From Armatimonadota bacterium (GTDB taxonomy: Bacteria; Armatimonadota; Fimbriimonadia; Fimbriimonadales; GBS-DC): DNA of 64,000 bases. Where the stretch lies: assembly GCA_037445735.1 (NCBI GenBank), contig JBBIJY010000002.1, forward strand, positions 64,001 through 128,000, in the 5' to 3' direction. Position 1 is the first letter of the stretch. Every line of letters starts with the position of its first letter. The notes below the pieces were generated by a model, which saw nothing but the letters and a program-made list of their open reading frames with translations, was not told the DNA's origin and did no database searches. Below, piece by piece: positions 51,099 to 61,100 of the stretch. The translations under genes were made by a program, and so were the position numbers.

Positions 51099-51743
51099 AT
51101 GGCAGTGCAGGCACTTGAGAAACCGGGAACGATTGGCTGGGAGGAATATCTGAACCTTCCGCTGACCACCTATGAGATTATCGACGGAGAGGTGATTGAG
51201 CTGGCAACGCCAACTTTGAGACATCAAAATGTGCTGAGTGAGCTACTGGTGCGCCTGCGCCTTTTCGTGAAAGAGCGCGGGCTGGGGCAGGTTTTCCCTG
51301 CTCCCTTCGACCTTGTGATTCGGCGTCAGCCGTTGCGCACGCGCCAGCCCGACCTGTTCTATCTTTCCTATGCTCGCGCCGGCAATCTGAATGCGCTGCT
51401 GGATCAATCGCGTCTGGAGTTTGCACCCGATCTGGTGATTGAGGTGCTGTCGCCGTCGGACACCCTGCGCATGTGGCGCGATAAGCTGCACGACTACTAC
51501 ACGCTGGGCGTGCCCGAAGTGTGGCTGGTGGATATTGAGCAGGGCGAGATCGAGGTGCATGTTCGCGAGGAGCATGGCTACAGCTCGCTCGGCTGGTTCT
51601 CCGGCGAGACCCCGCTGCCATCGCGCGTGCTGCCCGATCTGGTGTTGCTGCCCAAAACACTGTTTGAGAGCGCGGGCGAGCCAGCCGCAACCGCCAAAAG
51701 CGCGTCACCAGCCGTTAGTCGGCGTCGGGGTCGAACGGGCTGA
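51099..51743 (+). CDS. Uma2/DUF820 family PD-(D/E)XK endonuclease-like protein
   Basis: EIIDGEV, RQPDL, APDLVIEVLSPSD, Y..LGVPEVWLVD. Confidence 0.9.
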   Translation: MAVQALEKPGTIGWEEYLNLPLTTYEIIDGEVIELATPTLRHQNVLSELLVRLRLFVKERGLGQVFPAPFDLVIRRQPLRTRQPDLFYLSYARAGNLNALLDQSRLEFAPDLVIEVLSPSDTLRMWRDKLHDYYTLGVPEVWLVDIEQGEIEVHVREEHGYSSLGWFSGETPLPSRVLPDLVLLPKTLFESAGEPAATAKSASPAVSRRRGRTG

Positions 51744-54700
51744 CAGTGAAGCGCGGCTGGATCGCCCCCGCGAAGATGTCGGTCATCCCATTGCGCGTGC
51801 TGCTCCAGAACAGCAACAGCGACTCATCGAACCCGCCAAAGACATTGAGCGGCGACGGCGCCAGCCGATACTCCAGATTGGGTATCGCCCACAGATAGAG
51901 TTCGTTCGTCGGCAGGTTGATGGGCACAGGCGACACATATTCGGTGAGGTTGCCGCGCAGCTGACCCTCATCCAGCCAGCCGATAACCGCCACCTCGCTC
52001 CATTCGACGACCTGACCGGTTTGCGGATTGCGTGTGAGGTAGCGCACCTCCACCTCTTTGCCGATATCCCCGGTCGTGAAGTAGATTCTGCCCTGCACGG
52101 GATCATACTCATAGAAGCCCAGCCCACTGCCCGCAGGGTTGCGCGGGGTCAGCTGCACGATGGCGTGGTTCTCCCCGATGGCGAGCGCAGTGGCGCCCTC
52201 ACGCAGAGGAATCCCGCCACGCCAGCTAAGAATGGGCAGGCTCAGCCGCACGCCCGGACGCAGCGTCTTGTAGTAAAAGTTGCCCGGGCTGTTCGGTGCG
52301 CTGCCGCCCCGACGGAACAGCACCCAGAGCCGATCCACAGGCGGGCGGTCGGAGCTGCTGCAGACACCGTTCAGGGCGCCCTTGCGCACAGGCGATGCAG
52401 CCAGATTGTTCAGATTGTGGCGCGGGTTCAGCGTGCGCTGGAACACGCTGAACACCTGCGAGTAGCCACCTATCTGACCCGAAGCGTACGGGATCAGTCG
52501 CAACAGGCGCGGACGATAGGTCACCGTCACCACATCGTTCAGGCGCGGCGCCCGATTCACAAACCGAATGGTGCCGTTCAGTGGATCCACCACAATTGTG
52601 CCTGAATCGATCAGCATGTTGTTCTGGTTATTGCGCACAATATAGCGGAAAGTGAGCAGCCCTGTCGCCTCGTCTTCAATCGGCTCCTGCAAACGGCTCG
52701 GATTGGTGGGATCCACAATCACGGAGACGCCGTTCACCTTGATGTCGATATCCGCTTCCAGCGGGTTGCCGTCCTCGTTCCAGACCGTTTCGAGGCGGGT
52801 CCAGTCGAGGTGGCGCGTGCGCCACACATTGCGCTCCGCGTCCTTCTGGGCGACCTCATCGATGATGCGCGGCAGCAGCCGATCCTGAATATCGCCGAGC
52901 GCGCGCTCCACCTGACGGCTATCCAGCGGTAGCAGATTGCCGTTGCGCGGGTTCACATAGTAGCGGGCGAGCAGCAGCTCCGACTCGTTGCGCTCGCCAA
53001 CCGTGCCTGTGATGGCAACATCGGTGAGCAGCACGAAGGGCGAGTCAGGGCTGCTCGGGTTCAGCGACACACGATAGACCTGCGCTGCAACGCTATCCAC
53101 ACTGCGAATGGCACGGGAGAGCGGTAGCGACTGCTCGCGTCGCCAGCCATTGAAGCTATCGCCATCGGACGGCAGATAGAAAATCTGGTTCCTGCCCGCA
53201 GGCGCCGACACATAGAAGAGCCAGTTGCCGATGCCGGGCAGACCGGTGATGTGCGGGCGGGTGCGCGGCAGTGCAGGATCCACCGGCACAACGCTGATTT
53301 GCCCCACAGGCTCGCCCGTTTGCGGGTTGAGTTGCGTGTAGAACAGCACGGCGTAGTTGGTGCCCGCGATCTGCACCTCGCCTGTCCAGAAGAGCCACGC
53401 CTGCACCGCGCCGCGCGTGCCCTGCGTCAGATGAACCACAGGCTGATGGTGGCGAATGGTGCTTTTCTCTTCATCGGTCAGCGCACGCCCCAGATTGAGC
53501 GCCTGCACGAAGAGCGTGCCGTCGGGGTCGTTCGGGAAGGGTCCGAACGGACCGAGCCACCACTGCCCACTGATGCCTGTCGGTATCCAGCCGCCTGCCA
53601 GCGGGATGCCGTTCAGCAGCATGCGGGTGCCGTCCCAGTTGAGCGACGCCCAATAGAGGAAGAAGCGGTTCCGATTGCTGGGATCGCGATTGCTGCTCCA
53701 GTAAAGATGCAGTCGTCCTGTTTGCGGATCGCGGAACGCGGTCGGCGTGTGATTGCTGACGATGGGGGTGCCCGGTGCAGGCAACGGGTCAATCTGTGCC
53801 TGGGAGCCGCGCGTGACCCCGCCTGTGAGCTGGGTCTCCCGCACGCGCACCACGATGCGCATCGACGGCACGGTGATGGGATCGCCCGGCTCCACCACGC
53901 CAGCTGTGCCAGCTGCTGTGTCGCGGTAGACGCCAATCCACTGCGAGTAGACGCCCATCGGCTGGAAGGGCGGGATGGCAATGCTGATTTGAGGCAGGCG
54001 CGGCTCAAAATCGTTGCGCCCGTCACCGTTCACATCGGGCGTGCGACCGTAGGGCACGGCAGGCAGCGACAGGTAAGTGCCCGCCATATCGCCCGCGCGC
54101 GGCTTCTGCAACACCGCATAGGGCTGGTAGCCCGGCACAATCGCGCCTATCTGCGCCCAGCCGCCCACATTCGCCCAGTAGGGATTATCATACAGTTTGA
54201 GCGGATCGTTGCGGCTCCAGAAGCGCGGATCGAGCGTGCTGACCACCGTCGTCCACGCGGGCATCCCGGCGAATGTGCTGACCATATCCGAGAAGAGATA
54301 GATGCCGCCTGTGGCAGGATTGCCAAACGCTTTGCCCAGATAGAGCGGGTAGAGGTTGAGGTTGCCCTCGTTGCGCACGCGGAACGGCTTCCAGTAGGGC
54401 GCGAAGAGCGCGTTATCGGGGCGGAACGCCGAAGTGGGAGCATAGGGCGAGAGCGCGTCGAAGTTGAAGCCGAACCCGCCCGGCAACGCGCCGAAATCGA
54501 TGGTCTCTTCCTCAATCAGGAAGCGCGCATCCGGCTCAACGGTGATTTCGGTGGCGACCTCCCGATAGGCTTCCTGCGCGACCTGGTTCGCTCGCGGCGC
54601 CAGCGCGTTCTCCAGCCCATCGAAGCGCCCGTTGTTGTTCGAATCGATGTAGATAAAGTTCGTGTGGACAGCCGGGCTGTTGGATCGGAGAACCAGCGAG

Positions 54701-57700
54701 CTGTAGCGGTTCGGCGGCTGATAGCGCGGCACATTCACCTGCACCACGATGGGGTCGCCGTTGCGGTTGGCAAAGATGTTCTCGATGCGCATGGCGGTCT
54801 GGCGCAGGTCGGTGCCGCCCTCAAACAGCATGCGCACATTGCGGGCGGCAATATCGGGATAGTCGGGGCTGCGATTCGGGAGGGTGGGCGGCTGCTCCCA
54901 CGGCAGCGGGTAGTTAACCGCCCCCGGACCGCCCTGCCAGTACAGTCCGCCCGTCCAGGCACGCACATTCAGCGTGAGCGGGATCAAACTGTTAAGCGCG
55001 ATGTTGCGCCGATCCGCCACCGAGAAAAGACCGTTAATGAGCGTGCCATGCTTGGCGCTTCCGTTCGATTCGAACTGGGCAGGCACGAGCCGACCACCGT
55101 TACCGTTCACCAGATTCTGGGAATCTCCAGGATTGTTCTCGTCGCCCACAAAACTTCCCGACGGACTCCAGAGCTTGAGCGGGTGCGCGATGCTGAACTT
55201 CCAGCCCTCGCCTCTTTCACCGCCGCCGTAACGGTCAATCTCAGTCGTTTCCAGATTGAGGTCGGAGGTGAAGCTCATGCCCGGCATGCGCAGCTGCAGC
55301 TCGTATTCGGGTCCGGGCGTCCAGTAGTTGCTGCCAGACGCCTGCACGGTGATGCTCTGCACGGCAATCCAGTTCCGCTCCGGGTTGGGCGCTCGCTCGG
55401 TGGTGCGCGGTGCCAGCACATACTGCACACGCGAGACCCCTGGACCGACCACCTGCACAGCGACCTGATCGCGACGGGTCTCGGTGCCTGATAGCTTGAA
55501 GTCCCACACAATCACATAGAAGGTCTGACCCCACTCCAGCACCCCGGGCCACTCGGGTACTACCTCGTTGGGCGCCTTTTGACCTGTCAGCACCGCATCG
55601 GCTTCCTCTTTCTTGAGCGTGACGGTCACCTTGGTGTGGGAGATGTCGGTGTTGTCATCCTGGCGTCCTTCAGGACCAGTGGTGCCCCCAATGCCCGTTC
55701 CCGGGGGAAGCTCGCTATATGCCAGTCCTGAAGTGTTGAAGGCGTACACCACGCCCGCGTCGTCGGCGATATAGAGCCAGTCGTCCAGCACGGCGGGCGA
55801 GGCGAACAGCGTGTCGGCATAGAGTTTCCAGCCCTCGAACAGCCAGCCGTTGCGCCGATTGCGTTCGTTCGTGGCGTGCAGGGCAACAATTTCGCCCGCG
55901 TTCGTGCCCACCACAATCGCGGGCTTGGCGCCAAAGTCGTTGCCGTCGGGATCGGTATCATTCACTCCTGTGAACACGGGCGAGCTAAAGATGGCGCCGC
56001 TGAGCCGCTCGCTGAAGAAGGAGCCGTCGGTACCGCGCAATTCCTCGCCCGTGTCCGCGTTATAGGCAAAAACGCGCCCCAGACTGCCGCCCACAAAGAC
56101 GGCATTGATCGGGGGTGTGCTGGAATTGTTATCGAAGTCCAGCCCCTGCACCACCAGTGGCGAGCTGTAGTTGAACGCCAGGATGGAGTTGGTCTGGTCA
56201 GGCTGTCGCCAGATGAGCTGCCCACTGCTGGCGCTGATGGCGTAGGTGCGCCCGCCATCGATGCCGCCCGTGTTGATGAACACCTTGCCGAGCGCGACGG
56301 CAGGCGTGGCGGTGATCGGCTCAATCACTTCTGTGGTGGAGTTCAGGGGGGGATATGCCCAGCGCAGGGCGGTCGCGCTGCTGGTCGCGTCGGGGTTCAG
56401 CGCGTAGAGCCGCCCGTAGAAGTTGCCCTCCACGCTGCCGATGAACACCGTGTTGCCATCATACGCAGGCGCGCCCACGAACGACGCGCCGAAAACCCGA
56501 TACTCCCACTTCAGCCATGTAGCGGGGTTGCCCGGGTCCAGATCGGTTTTGATGGCGTACACCGAGCCGCTGGGGTTGCCGATTATCACCAGGTTTTTGT
56601 CTTCCAGAATGAGCGGCGAGGCGTAGCTGAAGGGCGCGGCGGTGGCGGGCTTGATACGCCAGTAGAGCTTCGTCTCGCCCGGATTGGTGCCGTTCTGGCC
56701 ATCGCCCAGCGCGTCGATGCAGTAGATGAAGCCGTCCTGCGCACCGAACACCAGCACCCAGCGCGTCGCGACGCTATTGCCGTCGCGCACGCGCACCTGC
56801 CCGACCGCCGGCGTGGAGAAGACCGATTCCGCCTGCAGGTTCGCTGGCACCAGCTTGATGGCGTCGGCGACCACATAGCGCGAGCGCTCGTTCGCATCTT
56901 CGGGCGAGAAGTTGCTCACCCAGATTTCGTAGGTTTGCCCCTGCGTGAAGGTGAAGGGCGACGAGCGCAGCAGCAGCCAGTTCCCGCCTCGCGTCTGGTT
57001 GACAATCAGCGTGGCGGTTTCGAGGTCGTCTTCAACCACATAGCGGGCGCGGCGCGCATGCTGATCGCTGCTGGGGAACCATGCGTACACATAGTATTGC
57101 CCGCTCTGGCTGACCGACACGCGCCAGACAGCACGACGCTCCTCAAACTGGTTCGCGGTCGGCGTGGTGCGGTAGTAGGAAGTGTTGTACTGATCTGTCA
57201 GATCAGTGCGCCGCTCCCAGCCGTTCGCCGTGAAGTCCGGGTCCTGATCATCGAGGATTACGCCCGTCTGACCTGTGGGTGTGACGCGGAACTGCCAGCG
57301 GATGCGCACATCGCGGGCAGCGTCGTTATGCACATGCTCCAGGCAGGTGATGGTGCCGTTGCCGTTCGCCACGAACACAAGGTGCTGATTCGCGTTCAGC
57401 GGGTTGCGAATGACCACCGGCGACGCCTGAATGATGCCGTAGTCGGGCACGAATCGCACGGCGTCCGCCACCGCAATCGGCAGGGGCTGCTCCCCTGCAT
57501 CGGGACCCTGCGGGTCGATGCCGTTGTCGAGCGTGATGGTGATGCGTTCGTTATTGTTGCGCACGATGAAGGGCAGATTGCCCAGCTGCTGCCAGCCGCC
57601 GCCCGTCTGATCCAGATAGAGATCGGCGACGCCGCTGGAGTCGGCAACCCGATAGTGGGCGCGCCGGAGGTTGCTGCGCATCTGACCGCCCACGCGCGTG

Positions 57701-58158
57701 CCCGACGAGGGCAGATGCACGAAAATCTTGTAGACGCCAGCGGGCAGCGGACCACTGTCCCATGTGAAGGTGGCGTTCGGTCGCCCCAGCGTGCCGACAG
57801 CGTAGCGGTACGGTTCGGTCGCCTGCGGGTTCTGAAGCCAGGCATCACCAGCCTGCTCCTGCAGGGCGGGCACAATCCAGGTGCCTGTGAAGGTCGCCGT
57901 CGCGCCGTTGTTATTGCTTTCGCCGTCGTTATCGACAACGATTGGCTCCCGCAGTTGCGGCTGGCGCGTTTCGCCTGGAAACGGCAGAAACGGATAGGTC
58001 CAGCCCAGCAACAGTTTGACCTTGCTATCGCGCGAGTTGCTGGTGACGCCCGTGCGCTGATTGCTGCCCCGATGTGTTGCCCAGCTATCCTGGGCGAACG
58101 CCATCGCCGTCCAGCCCATCAGCAAGGCTATAACCCATACGAACCGTACCGCTCTCAT
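51715..58158 (-). CDS. Giant secreted protein (2147 aa) with PQQ-like propeller repeats and two golvesin/xanthan-lyase-CBD-like domains
   Basis: Signal peptide; WATHRGSNQRTG; repeated (S/A)SP/STP..G.(L/V)YA..W motifs; two G.Y.(V/I)...ADA(V/I).V domains. Confidence 0.75.
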   Translation of the reverse strand: MRAVRFVWVIALLMGWTAMAFAQDSWATHRGSNQRTGVTSNSRDSKVKLLLGWTYPFLPFPGETRQPQLREPIVVDNDGESNNNGATATFTGTWIVPALQEQAGDAWLQNPQATEPYRYAVGTLGRPNATFTWDSGPLPAGVYKIFVHLPSSGTRVGGQMRSNLRRAHYRVADSSGVADLYLDQTGGGWQQLGNLPFIVRNNNERITITLDNGIDPQGPDAGEQPLPIAVADAVRFVPDYGIIQASPVVIRNPLNANQHLVFVANGNGTITCLEHVHNDAARDVRIRWQFRVTPTGQTGVILDDQDPDFTANGWERRTDLTDQYNTSYYRTTPTANQFEERRAVWRVSVSQSGQYYVYAWFPSSDQHARRARYVVEDDLETATLIVNQTRGGNWLLLRSSPFTFTQGQTYEIWVSNFSPEDANERSRYVVADAIKLVPANLQAESVFSTPAVGQVRVRDGNSVATRWVLVFGAQDGFIYCIDALGDGQNGTNPGETKLYWRIKPATAAPFSYASPLILEDKNLVIIGNPSGSVYAIKTDLDPGNPATWLKWEYRVFGASFVGAPAYDGNTVFIGSVEGNFYGRLYALNPDATSSATALRWAYPPLNSTTEVIEPITATPAVALGKVFINTGGIDGGRTYAISASSGQLIWRQPDQTNSILAFNYSSPLVVQGLDFDNNSSTPPINAVFVGGSLGRVFAYNADTGEELRGTDGSFFSERLSGAIFSSPVFTGVNDTDPDGNDFGAKPAIVVGTNAGEIVALHATNERNRRNGWLFEGWKLYADTLFASPAVLDDWLYIADDAGVVYAFNTSGLAYSELPPGTGIGGTTGPEGRQDDNTDISHTKVTVTLKKEEADAVLTGQKAPNEVVPEWPGVLEWGQTFYVIVWDFKLSGTETRRDQVAVQVVGPGVSRVQYVLAPRTTERAPNPERNWIAVQSITVQASGSNYWTPGPEYELQLRMPGMSFTSDLNLETTEIDRYGGGERGEGWKFSIAHPLKLWSPSGSFVGDENNPGDSQNLVNGNGGRLVPAQFESNGSAKHGTLINGLFSVADRRNIALNSLIPLTLNVRAWTGGLYWQGGPGAVNYPLPWEQPPTLPNRSPDYPDIAARNVRMLFEGGTDLRQTAMRIENIFANRNGDPIVVQVNVPRYQPPNRYSSLVLRSNSPAVHTNFIYIDSNNNGRFDGLENALAPRANQVAQEAYREVATEITVEPDARFLIEEETIDFGALPGGFGFNFDALSPYAPTSAFRPDNALFAPYWKPFRVRNEGNLNLYPLYLGKAFGNPATGGIYLFSDMVSTFAGMPAWTTVVSTLDPRFWSRNDPLKLYDNPYWANVGGWAQIGAIVPGYQPYAVLQKPRAGDMAGTYLSLPAVPYGRTPDVNGDGRNDFEPRLPQISIAIPPFQPMGVYSQWIGVYRDTAAGTAGVVEPGDPITVPSMRIVVRVRETQLTGGVTRGSQAQIDPLPAPGTPIVSNHTPTAFRDPQTGRLHLYWSSNRDPSNRNRFFLYWASLNWDGTRMLLNGIPLAGGWIPTGISGQWWLGPFGPFPNDPDGTLFVQALNLGRALTDEEKSTIRHHQPVVHLTQGTRGAVQAWLFWTGEVQIAGTNYAVLFYTQLNPQTGEPVGQISVVPVDPALPRTRPHITGLPGIGNWLFYVSAPAGRNQIFYLPSDGDSFNGWRREQSLPLSRAIRSVDSVAAQVYRVSLNPSSPDSPFVLLTDVAITGTVGERNESELLLARYYVNPRNGNLLPLDSRQVERALGDIQDRLLPRIIDEVAQKDAERNVWRTRHLDWTRLETVWNEDGNPLEADIDIKVNGVSVIVDPTNPSRLQEPIEDEATGLLTFRYIVRNNQNNMLIDSGTIVVDPLNGTIRFVNRAPRLNDVVTVTYRPRLLRLIPYASGQIGGYSQVFSVFQRTLNPRHNLNNLAASPVRKGALNGVCSSSDRPPVDRLWVLFRRGGSAPNSPGNFYYKTLRPGVRLSLPILSWRGGIPLREGATALAIGENHAIVQLTPRNPAGSGLGFYEYDPVQGRIYFTTGDIGKEVEVRYLTRNPQTGQVVEWSEVAVIGWLDEGQLRGNLTEYVSPVPINLPTNELYLWAIPNLEYRLAPSPLNVFGGFDESLLLFWSSTRNGMTDIFAGAIQPRFTVSPFDPDAD

Positions 58159-58190
58159 ATCTCACTCATCCTCCCGTCGGTGTTTCATGG

Positions 58191-61100
58191 TTAGAACGCG
58201 CGATCGGCGGCGCTGGGCTTCCGCAGTTGATAGGAGCCGCTCATCGCCGGGCGATCCGCCGTGCTCCAGACGATGGAGTCGTAGCTGAAGCCCAGCAGGC
58301 TGCCGTCGCTCGGATTCGTGTCATTTGGATTGAAATCGCTCGCCTTGAGTTCCAGCACCTCGCCGAGGAACTCCATCGGCTCTTCGGCGCCGCTGGCGTT
58401 GACGAGGGTGGTGTAGCCGCTGTAGCCGTTGACAATCAGCACATTGCCGTTGAACAGGTAGCGTGCCTGACGCGGCTTGAAGAGGATTGGCTGCCGGGGC
58501 GGGCTTTCAGGGGCGCCGTCCACCGTCTGCAGTCGCAGCCCTTTCAGTCGGCGGCGAATGCCCAGACTGTAGGCTTCATTGGTGAGCATCCATGTGACGG
58601 GCAGCGTGTCGCCAATCGTGCCTGTGAGCGGCACCTGCAGTTCGTAGATGCCCGTGCTGGTGGTCACCAGCAGGAACAGCCCGACAGCGCTTCCACCTCC
58701 GCCGCTGCTAACAAGGCTGACCCTGGAGGTGTCGATGGCGACGGGCGCCAGGATGGGCACGACTGTGCCATCGGGCAGGCGCATCCTGGTGATGTAGAGC
58801 GTGCGATCCGCACCGCCTTCCGCCAGCTGGAGAATAATCATGCCCGCTTCGGGCGTGGCGGGTTCTGTGGCGGGGTCGGCACCGCGCGCGGAGGCGTTCT
58901 GCACCAGCGTGGCGAAGCCGATTTTGGTCATGTTGCCGTCCCAGTATTCGAACCGCTGGGCACCCACATAGCGATAGGTCTGACCCTCTTTGAGTGTGGG
59001 CGTCATCCAGTAGAGCACGCCCGTCATCGGCAGGTTCAGCTGCGGATGCCATACTGGCTCGCCAATCGCGTAGGTGTTCGCGTCCACCACGAAGCGGTCG
59101 ACGATATCGACGACGCGGTTATTGCCCGTGTCGGCGATGGTGTAGTGGATCCAGTATTCCCAGCCCGTGCTGCTGCGGACGGCGTACGGATTGCGTGCAT
59201 CGGGCACGAACTCGGTCCAGACCGTGACATCGGTCGGATTGCGCAGGGTGGCGGGCGTGCCGCTGATGTAGTTGGAGCCGAGCAGCCCCTGTCGGTTCGG
59301 ATCGCGCAGGTTGAGCGTGCCCGTGACATTACCGCTGGCATCGCGCAACGGCAGCAGGTCGGGCAGGAAGCCGGTGATGGTGCGCTCCTCCTCGCCCGCG
59401 CGGTTCAAAATCGCGAGACGATTGCGCTCCGGCTCCACAATCAGGAACTGGTTCTCGCCGTAGCGGTAGACGCGCGCGTTCGGCGTGAGCGGGTACTTGG
59501 CGAAGGCGGGTACGAACGAGCCTGTCGCAAACTCCAGCTGGCTGTTCTCGCTCGACCACACCACCTGACCCGCGCTGTCCACCTCCAGCAGGCGACCCTC
59601 GTCGGCGATCACCGTCAGCTGGCGGCTGTAAATCTGAAGCCCCTCGTTCGTGCCGACCACCAGCACGCCATCGCCGATGCTGACAGGCGATATGGCTGTA
59701 TAGGGCAGACTGACGATAAATCGACGGAAGAACTCGCGCAGGAAGGCGAACGGGTTGCGCGAGATTTGAACATCGTTGACCAAATCGTCAATAAAGGGCC
59801 AGCGGATGACCGAGCCGTAGCCGAGGTTGGGGAACGGGATGGTTCCCGCCTGCGCGTGGCGCGTGCCAATATCGGGCTGGTAGCGGCGCGGGTCGGTTGC
59901 CAGACCCAGCACGCCGTATATCTCCTGCCGATCGCTCACATTCGGGGGCAGTGCGACTCGCATGGGCAAATAGAGGATATCGCCCGCCACCACTGGCGGT
60001 CCCTTCGGCACCTCGCCCAGCAGCACCGCGTACCAGAGCAGGTTGTCCCACTTGCCAGCGTAGAGCTTCTTGCCGGGATCGAGCGGGTCACGGTCGGGGT
60101 CGATCAGCGCGTTGTAGGCGCCGACCGACACCAGCACAGGCTGCGAGATGCTGAGCGCGCTCAACAGCTCCAGCGAGCCGCCCGCCTGCGACTGACGGAA
60201 GCCACTCAGCCGGATTTGACCCGTCGCATAGTCCACCGTGATGAGCGGGTCAGGACTCTGCGGCGAGTAGGTCAGGCTCACCTGCGTGAAGAGCGACGGG
60301 TTAGCCCCTGACCGTGCATAATCGCGCTGGGTGAGCGTGATGGGCGCATCGGTCGCAATCGGCGCGCCCAGATCGATGATGAACTGCTCCGGCTCCGCAT
60401 CGAACGCCAGCACGATTGTGTAGGGTATCGGAAGGAAGCCGCCCAGCCGCACTGTGCCAAGCCCCAGCGCGTAAACAACGCCGTTCGCGTACACAGGCGC
60501 CTCGATGAAGGAGAAGTTCATCGCGAGCGGCGCGCCGCCAGGAAAACTATGGCTGAAATTCAGGAGCGGACCCAGGAAGTCGGACAGATAGCGGTTCGGC
60601 TCGTTCCAGATGGTGGCACCGGGCACCGAAACCATGTTTGCCTGTCCGCCTGCAGTCACGCGCTGCTGGTAGCCGCCGTGCGACTGCCAGCGCCAGAGGA
60701 TGACGGAGCCACCGCCGCGCGTGCCAGCGGAACTCCACTGCTCCAGCACGGCAATCAGGTTGCCGTTGTCTGTGTTTGGATCGCTGGAGCCGCCGTCAGA
60801 GGTGAGGGTGCCCGTGGTGATATACAGGACGCCGTTGGCGCCGAGTGTGAAGCCCTGCAGATTATTCGGCGGCATCGGGCTGCCTGTCTGGGAGGCGGGC
60901 AGGCTCATAAAGGTGCGCATCATCGTGCTGGGGTTATTCGCCGTTGCCCAGTCGATGTAATAGTCGATGTAATAGAGGTTAGTATTAACTGCGCCAGCAT
61001 ACGCCACACGCCCTGGCGAGCCGAAGTTGAAGGTACACAGGTCGGTGATTTCCGTAATCTGACCGGTTTGCGGGTTCAGCTCGTACACGCGCGGGCGCAG

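Noticed and set aside
53251-60311. Long plus-strand ORFs (746, 772 and 694 aa), and similar ones at 30339, 34409 and 48308
   Set aside because: Antisense shadows of real genes in high-GC DNA, with no recognisable motifs.
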